Below are positions 17,161 through 25,942 of a stretch of DNA of 64,000 nucleotides, one piece after another. The notes beneath the pieces are model-generated. The model worked only from the letters and a program-made list of their open reading frames with translations. It was not told the DNA's origin and made no database searches. The stretch comes from Candidatus Uhrbacteria bacterium (GTDB taxonomy: Bacteria; Patescibacteriota; Patescibacteriia; UBA9934; GWF2-40-263). Location of the stretch: contig JAERTI010000038.1 of assembly GCA_016844925.1 (NCBI GenBank), forward strand, positions 130,936 to 194,935. The letters run 5' to 3'. Position numbers and translations under genes: made by a program. Positions within the stretch are counted from its first letter, which is position 1. Every line of letters starts with the position of its first letter.

Positions 17161-20100
17161 ATGGATCAGATTGAGTTGCATAAATTGATAGACTTGATAG
17201 TAAGCAAGCCACCTAGTGATTCTTTAAAAGAAGAATTGACGGCTTTGCTGCAGATTAACGCTGATGCGCGTGTATATTTCTTCGAGAACGTGGATGACCG
17301 ATGGCTGGATTGGCTTTGGAGAAATAATTTTCTCGATGTGCTGAAGGCTGGTGTTGAAAATTCAATTCGATACAGATACAAAACCCCGGAATTATTTTAT
17401 CTATCACGAATTTCTCAAACGTCCCCAGCGCCAGTTGTAGACACCATGCTCCAAGTCGAAATCTCTAAAGAGAATTTTAACCCGGAAGTTGTCGATCAAT
17501 TTTTGCGAATCGCTAGTGAACTTCCAGCGACTGAAATTGCGAGACTTGTCTTGAAAATAAAAGAAGAAAATTGGGTTGAGTTAATGAGTGCATTCAATGA
17601 CTGGGGCTTTGAATACAAAAAGATGTTTGAAGCCTTATCTGATGCGGGAGATCATGAGTCTTTGCTGACATTAGCTGAAGCTGTATTGTCCATTAAAGAC
17701 CAAAAGGCTTATAAAGAAAATTCGGGAGATTATTTTGGCGGAAACCCATTCTACTTCAAGGACTTATCATACTCATCAGTTTTTGCGTGTCTCACCGAAG
17801 TGGCGCACGACAATGTAGAGAAGGCATTGAGTATTGCTTGCAGCGCCCTATCTGCGATAGTCCAACTTGGTGACAGGGCTGGAGAGGATAGTTACTTTGA
17901 ATACAAGGATGGGTTCTATCTGTACGATACGGATTTCTTCAAGCTTGATTTGGTTAAAGAAACGAATAACTCAGATCGTGAGAATGTAAAGTCGTTGGCA
18001 GCGAGTATAAAAAAACTCGTTCAACGTGTATTTGAAAATCGTAATAAAGAGACCTCATCGAACATATTTGAAAAATATATTGAAGCGCTCCCATCCAGCC
18101 CTGCGATGTGGAGGTTGAAACTGTATGTCCTTAGTTTGCACCCAGAGTCCTTAAAAGAAGTTGCCAAAAAATACTTCTCCGCACTTTTTGACTCAATAAA
18201 ATCAAACAAGGGCTACTATGAAATTGCATCGGGCGCAGAATACAAGAAATCTCTCAAGAAGTGTTTTAGGATTTTTGATTCAGAATATCAACGCGACTAT
18301 GTTGCCAATGTCTTTAAATGCTTCTCTAGTAAACGAGATGATGAAAGAGAGGAAGGGTTGTACCAACGTACTGGTTGGGAAATCCTTTCTTCGATTTGTG
18401 ATAGCTTGAATAAAAAAGAACAAGAAGAGTGTGAAAAGGTTTTTGGTAAAAAATGTAATGCCGAGTATGAGCCACAACCGCTCATAGGAAAGATGCGCGG
18501 CGGCATGATTTCGCCACGCGGCCTTATCTCACAAGAAGAATTCGATGCCATTGACGTTGTGGACATTGTTGAAAAATTGAAAGATGAATGGACGCCTGAA
18601 CGTCTTAAGGAATCGAATCATTTTGACAATTTTACAAATCCAGTAAATGCAGAGGGTGTCGGGTCACAAATTCAATCCAGCATAAAAAATCGTCTAACTG
18701 ACTTCGCTCCTCATGCAAGTCTCTTCTTTGAAAGAGGTATCTTAGATGAACATTACACCCAATCTTTTTATAGAGGTATCTGGGAAGCTATTCGTGCAAA
18801 TAAAGAAGAGGCTCGCAGAGTTGACTGGGGTAGCCTAGTGAATGCAATTTTTGACATCGTCCGGTCAGGGGCAGAAAAGCCCTTTGATTTCAGTAAGCGA
18901 GAACGTGAAAGATTTGGCGGGTGGCTTGCTAGTTGGGAGGGTGTCCACAGCATCATTGCAGACGTATTGCAGGAGTTGTTAAGTGAAGTAGATGGTGAAC
19001 CTTTGGTGAACTTTGCTGAAGACAGGAATGAAATTTTCAAAATTCTCTCGTACCTTTTGCAGAATTCCGATCCGAAACCAGAGGATGAAGAATTGGAGAC
19101 GGCGGTGTCTAAGACACGATTGCCGGGCGGGAAGGATGAATACCTTGTTAGTGACCCGTTTAGTATTGCAATAAATTCAGTTCGAGGACGAGCCTATCAA
19201 GCATTGGCTCTGTTTGTGTATCAGGACGGAAAGGGTTTCCTGAAAGATGCTGCCGTAAAAATTGCTGATGATGTGAAAGGTGTGTATGAGCGGCTGTTAA
19301 AAGGAGAGAATACACGAGCTATTATGTTCTTGTTTGGGCATTATCTGCCATCTTTCTATTTTAGAGATAAGGAATGGATTCGTAGCCTCTTGCCATCAAT
19401 CTTTACAACGAATACAGAGAGGTTGTATTTGTACATCGCTGCATGGGAGGGTTATCTTGCGAACAATTTATACGAAGAAATCTTCTTTGAAACAGAATTT
19501 CAAAAACTCTATATGCGAGGGCTTGGAGTGGCCGGAAGTCAAGATCCAAATCGTAAGTATTTCAAAGAACCGGATGAAGGACTAGCAGTTCACCTTGCAC
19601 TAGCTTTCATGGTCTATCATCAGAAATTTGGTTTTGACGATGAGTTGTTTAAAAAGTTTTGGCAGCAAGATGTTGAACAGCAAGTAAAATTTGTCAATTT
19701 CATTGGACGAATGTTTGTATCCGGTGATAACAAACAGGCAAACAAACTCTTAGAAAATGAGCCGCTTGTGAAGCAGCGATTGATCGAATTTTGGGATTGG
19801 GCTATTGCGAACAAAGAAGAGAAGAAATTATTCTCAGGGTTCGGTTATTGGATGAGTCTTGACAAAAATATCTTTGAACCAAAGTGGCTAGCAGAACGGA
19901 TTGCGCAAACTTTGGAAAAAACAAGTGGTGCATTGGATTGGGAATATGGTCTAAGTAAAACCATCATCAAATTAGCCGAGGAAGCACCGGAAGAAACATT
20001 AGCGATAATTAGATTGTATTTATTGGAGGGCGGAGTGCGTAATAAACAACTGAAAATGCCATTTATGCGGTCTGATGAATGGTTTGAGGCGATTGGCATT

Positions 20101-20202
20101 CTATACAAAAAAGCAGAAACAAAAGATGGTACATATAGGCTTATCAATGACCTAATCGCTGAAGGGGGAAATCTCTTTTGGAAATTAAAAGAAGTTCTGT
20201 AA
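17161..20202 (+). CDS. large (1013 aa) predicted all-helical hypothetical protein (island cargo)
   Basis: A long uninterrupted ORF in an AT-rich context. It has no Walker A/B, no nuclease, no LanC/CHG motif and no TM helix. Confidence 0.6.
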   Translation: MDQIELHKLIDLIVSKPPSDSLKEELTALLQINADARVYFFENVDDRWLDWLWRNNFLDVLKAGVENSIRYRYKTPELFYLSRISQTSPAPVVDTMLQVEISKENFNPEVVDQFLRIASELPATEIARLVLKIKEENWVELMSAFNDWGFEYKKMFEALSDAGDHESLLTLAEAVLSIKDQKAYKENSGDYFGGNPFYFKDLSYSSVFACLTEVAHDNVEKALSIACSALSAIVQLGDRAGEDSYFEYKDGFYLYDTDFFKLDLVKETNNSDRENVKSLAASIKKLVQRVFENRNKETSSNIFEKYIEALPSSPAMWRLKLYVLSLHPESLKEVAKKYFSALFDSIKSNKGYYEIASGAEYKKSLKKCFRIFDSEYQRDYVANVFKCFSSKRDDEREEGLYQRTGWEILSSICDSLNKKEQEECEKVFGKKCNAEYEPQPLIGKMRGGMISPRGLISQEEFDAIDVVDIVEKLKDEWTPERLKESNHFDNFTNPVNAEGVGSQIQSSIKNRLTDFAPHASLFFERGILDEHYTQSFYRGIWEAIRANKEEARRVDWGSLVNAIFDIVRSGAEKPFDFSKRERERFGGWLASWEGVHSIIADVLQELLSEVDGEPLVNFAEDRNEIFKILSYLLQNSDPKPEDEELETAVSKTRLPGGKDEYLVSDPFSIAINSVRGRAYQALALFVYQDGKGFLKDAAVKIADDVKGVYERLLKGENTRAIMFLFGHYLPSFYFRDKEWIRSLLPSIFTTNTERLYLYIAAWEGYLANNLYEEIFFETEFQKLYMRGLGVAGSQDPNRKYFKEPDEGLAVHLALAFMVYHQKFGFDDELFKKFWQQDVEQQVKFVNFIGRMFVSGDNKQANKLLENEPLVKQRLIEFWDWAIANKEEKKLFSGFGYWMSLDKNIFEPKWLAERIAQTLEKTSGALDWEYGLSKTIIKLAEEAPEETLAIIRLYLLEGGVRNKQLKMPFMRSDEWFEAIGILYKKAETKDGTYRLINDLIAEGGNLFWKLKEVL

Positions 20203-20282
20203 ACAAATCAACTATGACTCATTTTACTAAACTGGATATAAATAAGATGAACGTTTTGCGGGTAGGTTAACAGCGGAGTTGT

Positions 20283-20891
20283 ATGTCTAACGAATGGAAC
20301 GATTTAATTTCTCATCCAAACCACACCTTGCGTATTGGTGGAATTGAGATTGAGGTACATGATCAAGTATTTACACCAAATCCGAGTATTACATTTTCTA
20401 GCTCCATGATCCTCGATCATTTACCAGATGTGAATGGTAAACGCATACTAGATGTTGGCTGCGGGACAGGAGTTGTTGCCGTTCATTGCGCACTCGCTGG
20501 CGCAGGGCATGTTACGGCGGTCGACATTTCTAATAAGGCCATCAATAATACTCGTATCAATGTTGCGAAGCATGGCGTGGAGAAAGTTGTCACGGTGAAA
20601 AAATCAGACCTTTTTAGTAAAGTAACTGGACAATTTGATTATATTTTTGCAAACCTACCTATCTTAGAGGAGGTTTGGTCAGCGGATACGAACGTGGACA
20701 ATCTGATCGAACGTTTTGTCACAAAATATCCTGAATATCTCAATAGGGACGGATCAGCATTCTTTGTGTGGGGTTCTTTTGCTGACATCGCACCTGTGCT
20801 GGCGTTATTAGATCGGTGTAGAATTATTTTCACCCAAACGTCAGTAGAAAAACTGGGATACACGTGGACGTTGTTTGAATTGAAAAAATGA
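20283..20891 (+). CDS. class I SAM-dependent methyltransferase (PrmA/MTS small-domain-like)
   Basis: Motif I ILDVGCGTGVVAV. The acidic residue VTAVDIS. FDYIFANLP resembles the PrmA/MTS (D/N)-x-P-type motif. The assignment as a protein or RNA MTase rather than a DNA MTase is tentative. Confidence 0.7.
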   Translation: MSNEWNDLISHPNHTLRIGGIEIEVHDQVFTPNPSITFSSSMILDHLPDVNGKRILDVGCGTGVVAVHCALAGAGHVTAVDISNKAINNTRINVAKHGVEKVVTVKKSDLFSKVTGQFDYIFANLPILEEVWSADTNVDNLIERFVTKYPEYLNRDGSAFFVWGSFADIAPVLALLDRCRIIFTQTSVEKLGYTWTLFELKK

Positions 20892-20892
20892 T

Positions 20893-21594
20893 ATGCCATT
20901 AGATAAAGTTACCTTTCAGAAGGATTGGTATGACCGCCTTGTATCCAAAACCAATGAAAAGACCGTTTTGCCTGACGCCATTAAATCACTTGTTTCAGAT
21001 CAGAGTGGTCATTGCTTGGAGATTGGCCTTGGAACATCGCCATTCTTTGCACAAAAGCTCGCCGATCAATTCGACAAGTACACCATTTTGGAAAAAGAGA
21101 CGGGAGAATATGAACTCCCAACTAACGCAGAGTTTATTGTTGGCGACTGGGAGTCGTATGGGTCACCAGACTTGTATGATGTCATTCTTGCATCTCATGT
21201 CGTCTACTACTTTGACGACAAACGTGCTGCTATCGACAAGATGGTTAACAAGCTCACAGAGAATGGCAAGCTACTCATTGTTGTGAATGGGTGTGATGGT
21301 GATTACGGACCGCTCAAATTAGCGTTTTCCGCTATGGTCAATCATCCGTATACGTTCACATACGATGTGGTTAAAGCTGTCTTGGACAGATACACATATA
21401 CCGAGCATAGCTTTCCGACAACGATTCCATTTAGTTCAGGTACCGATTTATTCGAAACACTCCGACTTTCCTTTGATCAGTACCCTGATGAGTATGAGGC
21501 GCACAAAGACGAGTTAATCACTTACTACGAAAATCAGACAAAAGACAATCTGTTTGTTATCAACCAGAAGGTGTTCGTTATTCAATCAAAATAA
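20893..21594 (+). CDS. class I SAM-dependent methyltransferase (Methyltransf_11/25-like)
   Basis: GHCLEIGLGTSP (motif I), an acidic loop, and DLYDVILASHVVYYFD (motif II/III). It starts 2 nt after the preceding MTase. Confidence 0.65.
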   Translation: MPLDKVTFQKDWYDRLVSKTNEKTVLPDAIKSLVSDQSGHCLEIGLGTSPFFAQKLADQFDKYTILEKETGEYELPTNAEFIVGDWESYGSPDLYDVILASHVVYYFDDKRAAIDKMVNKLTENGKLLIVVNGCDGDYGPLKLAFSAMVNHPYTFTYDVVKAVLDRYTYTEHSFPTTIPFSSGTDLFETLRLSFDQYPDEYEAHKDELITYYENQTKDNLFVINQKVFVIQSK

Positions 21595-21596
21595 TA

Positions 21597-21680
21597 AAAC
21601 ACCCCTCTCACATTCCCCGAACCTGCGTGTGTCCGCAATGTGTCCGTTTTGCGCCCAAAAATGTGAGTGAGGGTGTTTTA
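21597..21680. repeat. long imperfect inverted repeat (arms ~19 nt, spacer ~45 nt containing a gtgtccg x2 direct repeat)
   Basis: aaaacacccctctcacatt ... aatgtgagtgagggtgtttt. It lies immediately after the last cargo gene and before attR, and is followed by a T-rich run. Confidence 0.5.
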
Positions 21681-21786
21681 TTGTGTGTAAGCGTGAGAAT
21701 CGTGAGAAAGCAACTTTGACCAATGTTTACGGCCTCATTAGAATCTTTTCCGTAATCCTAGCCACGTCCTGAATCCTTGCATGGGA

Positions 21787-21849
21787 GGGTTCGAATCCCT
21801 GTCCGGGAACCAAGAAAAAACCGATGCAAGCGCATCGGTTTTTTCTTTT
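21787..21849 (+). repeat. attR-type direct repeat (partial copy of the tRNA-Gln 3' end plus terminator hairpin)
   Basis: The 31-nt sequence gggttcgaatccctgtccgggaaccaagaaa is identical to 12442-12472. It is followed by the hairpin accgatgcaagcgcatcggt plus TTTTTTCTTTT. No 5' acceptor half is present upstream. Confidence 0.75.
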
Positions 21850-21918
21850 TATGATGAATAATCTACTTGTCATGCTTGGGGTTGGGTTGGTAATTGAAGG
21901 GTTTGCTACAATGCTTCC

Positions 21919-23079
21919 ATGTTATATCGACTGTTCACAAAGGTGGGTCTTGAGCATTTTGCTTTGGGTCTCCAATTACCAATTCTTGTAGCACTTCCAT
22001 TATCTCGAGGGTTGTCACTTGCTCAAATTGGAATCCTTGAAGCCATCTTAGCTATCGTCCTTTTTTGTTTTGAGGTGCCTAGTGGTTATGTGGCTGACAA
22101 ACTTGGTCGTAAGTACGCTATGGCGGCCAGTAGCCTAGCGTTCGCTGTAAGTTTCGGTTTGATTGCCGTTGCGCAGGATTTCACGGCATTCATTCTGCCG
22201 TTCATGTTTATGGGGGCAGGGTTTGCCATGCTCTCTGGTGCCGATGAAGCGTACTTGTTTGATGCGCTGAAAGACGAAAATAAAGAAAAAGAATACAAGC
22301 GTTGGTTTGGTCGTCTGACAATTATTGATGAGCTCGTTACCATCGTTGGTCTTGGTGTTTCGACACTCGTCGCTTATTTCATGACTCCTTCGGCGGTATT
22401 TGGTTTTGCCGCATTGGCAATGGTTGTTACGGCGATCTACACACTCATTTTTTTAAAAGAAACTCGCGCCCACTCAACAGAACCAAAAAGTCTTGTGCAA
22501 GCCTTTGAGCAAGAACCAGTCTCTGTCTCAAAACGGGCGATTCTTTTCCTAAAAACGCATGCCTCATTTGCGATCATCCTGCTTGCCTTTGCGCTACTCG
22601 ACGAGTCGGGACGTCTTCTTTGGCAGCCACGGATGCTTGATCTTGGATTCACTATCTCTGCCCTTGGAATGATCTATGCTGGCCTTAAGGTCTTTTCCAT
22701 TATTGGCGCGTGGCTTTCAGGGAATCTCAACGGAAACGTTGGTCGCATACATTTTTTTGTTGTGGGAACATTAGCGGCCTTGGCGTTTGTTCTTGTCGGG
22801 TTTGGAAATGTGTATGTGGCGATTGGGGGATTGGGGATGTACTTCCTGATCGAAAATGCCTTTCGTGTGTTTCGTTCTGAATACCTCAACCAGCGTGTTG
22901 AATCGAAGTATCGTGCCACGTTTCTTTCGTTGAACAGTTTTAGCACCTCAACATTTGCCGCGCTGTTTGTTGTTGGATTGGGGGCTGTTGCGGACCAAAG
23001 ATTGTTCTATGGATTCATGTTGCTCGTTGGGATAAAGCTTCTCGCCTCATTCGTTTCGCTGGCACTTCCGAAATCATAA
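21919..23079 (+). CDS. MFS transporter
   Basis: 12-TM pattern. EVPSGYVADKLGRKYAM is an MFS motif-A-like loop (G-x-x-x-D-[RK]-x-G-R-[RK]). Confidence 0.8.
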   Translation: MLYRLFTKVGLEHFALGLQLPILVALPLSRGLSLAQIGILEAILAIVLFCFEVPSGYVADKLGRKYAMAASSLAFAVSFGLIAVAQDFTAFILPFMFMGAGFAMLSGADEAYLFDALKDENKEKEYKRWFGRLTIIDELVTIVGLGVSTLVAYFMTPSAVFGFAALAMVVTAIYTLIFLKETRAHSTEPKSLVQAFEQEPVSVSKRAILFLKTHASFAIILLAFALLDESGRLLWQPRMLDLGFTISALGMIYAGLKVFSIIGAWLSGNLNGNVGRIHFFVVGTLAALAFVLVGFGNVYVAIGGLGMYFLIENAFRVFRSEYLNQRVESKYRATFLSLNSFSTSTFAALFVVGLGAVADQRLFYGFMLLVGIKLLASFVSLALPKS

Positions 23080-23569
23080 AAGTGAAAGAATGATTACGGT
23101 GCAATCTTGACAACGATGGAGAGAACGTTTATTCTTCCAACCTCCTTACAGAACTGAATTGTTCAGTCGGCGACTTCCTGAGCCGTAAATCCAGGAGAAA
23201 CAAAGGTAATCCCTTGTTCCTGCTCAAACACTTGAGCGGTTTTGAACAAGGGATTTTCTTTATTCCCAATGGTCACGAAGTCGTCTTTTCTTTGTTGCTC
23301 TTCAGCGGCAGAGATAAGACGACTTACTTTCCTGGTCTTGCGACTCATCAGGAAAGGTGACCGACGACTAGAAGCTTCCAGACGTGGGTGTAGGGGCAGC
23401 TTCTAGAAAAGACACCAAGCGAACGTATGTGCCTATTGTGCAGTGAGTCAGCGTTCGAACCAATTCCCAATTACGTCTTTTGCCCAGTCTGGTGTCCTGG
23501 GCAAGGTCTTAGGCCCGAGAACTCGTTTGTCGTGCCTAAGACCTTCAACGATCACCTGGAGGAGGTTAC

Positions 23570-23920
23570 ATGGCTCTTGAGGGTATCTGGTTCAGCACTT
23601 TTGTTGTGGTGGCAGTGATCCTGTACATGCAGGGGAAGGTACTTTTCACCGTCTGTGGGTTCGCGGTAGTTCATCGCGTTCACATGCTGGAGTGTGCCTA
23701 CTCGCTTCACCGGATCTTCCCCAAGGCGGAGGAGTTGCGTGAAACGCTGGACAGGATTCACGACCGTCTCAGCGCTGACGAACCTCTGTCGGTCCAGCAC
23801 AGGAAGGATCTTCATGCCATGATGATGATGCTTGTGCTGACGCAGAGGGCACAGGAGATGGAGCTTCAGAAGATTCAGCCCATGAGAGAGGAGTTCATGA
23901 GTTCCATGAACGGCAAGTAG
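23570..23920 (+). CDS. hypothetical small membrane protein
   Basis: One N-terminal hydrophobic helix. 116 aa. No motif. Confidence 0.35.
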   Translation: MALEGIWFSTFVVVAVILYMQGKVLFTVCGFAVVHRVHMLECAYSLHRIFPKAEELRETLDRIHDRLSADEPLSVQHRKDLHAMMMMLVLTQRAQEMELQKIQPMREEFMSSMNGK

Positions 23921-24069
23921 GCTTGAGCTGAGATGCTCATGGTTGTCAGGCATAAAACCATCACAGGAAGATGTGTGATGGAGGGCATCAACGCGCCCGT
24001 CACGGCCCAGATACGTCTGGGCAGCTCGACAGAGCATATCACTTAGTAAGTGACATATTCAGAGAGCAT

Positions 24070-24099
24070 AAAACACACCCGTATGGGTGTGTTTTATGT
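24070..24099. terminator. bidirectional rho-independent terminator
   Basis: aaaacacacccgtatgggtgtgtttt, flanked by A/T runs. It lies just downstream of the stop of the minus-strand gene 24115..25017. Confidence 0.6.
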
Positions 24100-24114
24100 T
24101 GCTGGCAGCGATGT

Positions 24115-25017
24115 CTACGGTGCCAGTAAGTTTTCGATGGTCTGTGTTTGAATGCCTTCTACGACGAAGAGTTGATAGACCTGTTCAAGATCCGCGAGGG
24201 TCTCTTCGTTAAAGGTTTTGTCTGTCAGGGTCAGGCCAAGGTATTCGTCGTCACGCATATCTTCGAGAGCTTCTGCGATGTGCTCGTAGGTGGCGTTGCG
24301 TGATGCGCTGATCATTCCTACACCAAACGGCGCCTTTGTCAGGAATGTGACTTCAGTCTCTCCCATGGTTTCTTGGAACGGTGGACCAACGAGATCCTCG
24401 TAACTTGGTGGCGATCCGCCGGCGCTTCCGTAGATCACTCCTTCTGGCCACTCCTCGGCGTCTTTTGTTCCGCTGCCCACGAGGATCTCACCGTCAGCTG
24501 TGATGGCTGTCACGATTTCCATGAGCTCATCGACCGTTCCTTCGTAACCGCGTGTTCCGATGAGTGATGCGTCATTTGTGTATCCGTCCCATTCAGCATG
24601 GCTGGGGTCGTGGTGATGTGCGGCAATCTCATGGCCGCTCTCTTCCCAGTCCCTTACTAACTCGAGAGCTTCTGCATTTGACGTGACGAACTCGGCGACA
24701 GATGGGGAGAAGTGTAACGAGAGTTTCATCTCGTACTCATCAGAGAGCTCTACGATAGATTGGACGGTCTGCCAGTGGTCAAGCGTGTCTCTTTGATTAG
24801 ATGTTGGTTCGATGTGAACATTGATGACAGCGCCAATGGTCTGCTCATCGATTTCATTCCCGTCGACCGCTTCGTCTTCAACGATCTTTTCCTCGATGGT
24901 GACAAACGGTTCTTCAACAAATTCAGGTGGTTGATTGAGGGACCAGAGGGCCCAGCCAAGTCCTGCTGTCATGACAACAAGGACGGCAATAATCCCATAA
25001 AGATAGTTATTTTCCAT
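24115..25017 (-). CDS. secreted polysaccharide-deacetylase-like (divergent NodB-type) protein
   Basis: Signal/TM segment IIAVLVVMTAGLGWALW. GHEIAAHHHDPSH resembles NodB motif 2 (GHEIGNHxxxH). It is a distant paralogue of the lipoprotein at 29297..30382. Confidence 0.45.
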   Translation of the reverse strand: MENNYLYGIIAVLVVMTAGLGWALWSLNQPPEFVEEPFVTIEEKIVEDEAVDGNEIDEQTIGAVINVHIEPTSNQRDTLDHWQTVQSIVELSDEYEMKLSLHFSPSVAEFVTSNAEALELVRDWEESGHEIAAHHHDPSHAEWDGYTNDASLIGTRGYEGTVDELMEIVTAITADGEILVGSGTKDAEEWPEGVIYGSAGGSPPSYEDLVGPPFQETMGETEVTFLTKAPFGVGMISASRNATYEHIAEALEDMRDDEYLGLTLTDKTFNEETLADLEQVYQLFVVEGIQTQTIENLLAP

Positions 25018-25028
25018 ACCGACCCATT

Positions 25029-25679
25029 ATGACACCCTTGACGAGCCTCAGGCAAGTTGCTAGCGTGCGCGGTCGCTTGCAAGGGGGTTTTCCAATGCAC
25101 GACACCTCGAGAACCTTTGTTGTCCCTTCGTCTGAGCTGAGCTTGCTCGCACAGATGTCCGGCCCGATCTGGGCCTGGGAGCGCCGACGTGCTCTCGCCA
25201 TCGCGCGGTGGGTCACCCTGCCGCTGGCTGCGCTTGTGACGGTTGCTATCGTCGCGATGTTCTGGACGGCGCCGCCGTACTGGCTGTACTGGTGGAGCTG
25301 GCAGGAAATGCTTCAGCTGGTCGGAACCCTCATTGGGGGTTGGGCCATGCTCAAGACGGCCTCACTCACGCGCAAGCTTCGGTGGGCGAACGATCCGATC
25401 GTGGAGCGCGCCGCCAAGCTGGCACAGAGGATCCGGAACTACAACGCCGTCGCCTACCAGTACGACGTCTGCCTGCGAGGTTCTGCGCTCGCCGCAGAGA
25501 TGTTGAAGGAAGATCGGCTCAACATGCACGTGCGCCGCACGCACCTGGTGGCCTGCTACGAGCGCCTCGTGCCCGAGCTGCGCCCGTGGCTGCGCGCCAA
25601 CACCGGCTTCTGGCCGCGTCTCCCTCGGCTGCCTTCGCTGCGCCCTACGCTCATGCCGGTGCCGCTGGAGAACAAGTAG
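25029..25679 (+). CDS. hypothetical membrane protein (GC-rich gene)
   Basis: Two hydrophobic helices (VTLPLAALVTVAIVAMFW; LVGTLIGGWAMLKTA). GC is markedly higher than in neighbouring genes. The true start is possibly MHDTSRTF at 25095. Confidence 0.45.
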   Translation: MTPLTSLRQVASVRGRLQGGFPMHDTSRTFVVPSSELSLLAQMSGPIWAWERRRALAIARWVTLPLAALVTVAIVAMFWTAPPYWLYWWSWQEMLQLVGTLIGGWAMLKTASLTRKLRWANDPIVERAAKLAQRIRNYNAVAYQYDVCLRGSALAAEMLKEDRLNMHVRRTHLVACYERLVPELRPWLRANTGFWPRLPRLPSLRPTLMPVPLENK

Positions 25680-25702
25680 CAGGTACGCCACCTGCCACGA
25701 TC

Positions 25703-25729
25703 GCGAGACTTGCTCTCGCGTTTTATTTT
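25703..25729 (+). terminator. rho-independent terminator
   Basis: cgcgagacttgctctcgcg followed by ttttatttt. Confidence 0.7.
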
Positions 25730-25752
25730 AGAGTGGTGGCAGGGCTTACCTA

Positions 25753-25781
25753 TTGACAAAACGGCATTTTTGAGCTATAGT
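25753..25781 (+). promoter_or_regulatory. sigma-70-type promoter (TTGACA - 17 nt - TATAGT)
   Basis: Consensus -35 TTGACA, a 17-nt spacer, and -10 TATAGT. A ~160-nt leader follows before the next CDS. Confidence 0.55.
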
Positions 25782-25942
25782 CGGTCGTAAAATTCAAGTG
25801 ATTTCCGTGTATGGCCTGATAGTCTAATCACTAAAAAAGCAACTTCCCGACGGAAAGGGGCGTGCATATTTGATCGAGCTTTCGATTCAATATGTACGCC
25901 TCTTTTGCTTTAACGCGCTTCGTCTACGTATCCGTAACTTCT

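Larger units (their letters stand above)
12394..21849. mobile_element. tRNA-Gln-integrated genomic island (~9.4 kb) with tyrosine integrase and excisionase
   Basis: There is a complete tRNA at the left end with the integrase adjacent, and a duplicated tRNA 3' end at the right end. The cargo (16.0-21.6 kb) is visibly AT-richer than the flanking genes. No second complete tRNA exists at the right end. Confidence 0.75.

Noticed and set aside
17161-20202. The 1013-aa island protein as a class II lanthipeptide synthetase (LanM) in a RiPP cluster with methyltransferases
   Set aside because: There are no LanC-type zinc-ligand motifs (CHG, WCxG, GxxHG) in the C-terminal third, and no plausible short Cys/Ser/Thr-rich precursor peptide nearby.
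21740-21815. Possible second tRNA gene at the right island boundary
   Set aside because: Only the T-arm, 3' acceptor strand and CCA are present. No complementary 5' acceptor (TCCCGGA), D-arm or anticodon arm can be folded from the upstream 50 nt. It is an att duplication.
23163-23618. Small ORFs (61 aa minus strand; 63 aa Cys-rich plus strand) and a palindrome (ctagaagctt...agcttctag) in the 490-nt gap after the MFS gene
   Set aside because: There are no SDs, composition is atypical and the ORFs overlap the hairpin. The region may be a degraded gene or regulatory DNA, but no feature can be supported beyond the palindrome itself.
25208-25759. Multiple overlapping ORFs on both strands (for example 25208..25756 +, 25362..25691 -)
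   Set aside because: They are R/A/G-rich translations typical of alternative frames in high-GC DNA. Only the frame with a hydrophobic/TM pattern and sensible composition (25029..25679) is retained. The same reasoning was applied to the antisense and alternate-frame ORFs across 34450-35870, 52330-53850 and 53950-55830.
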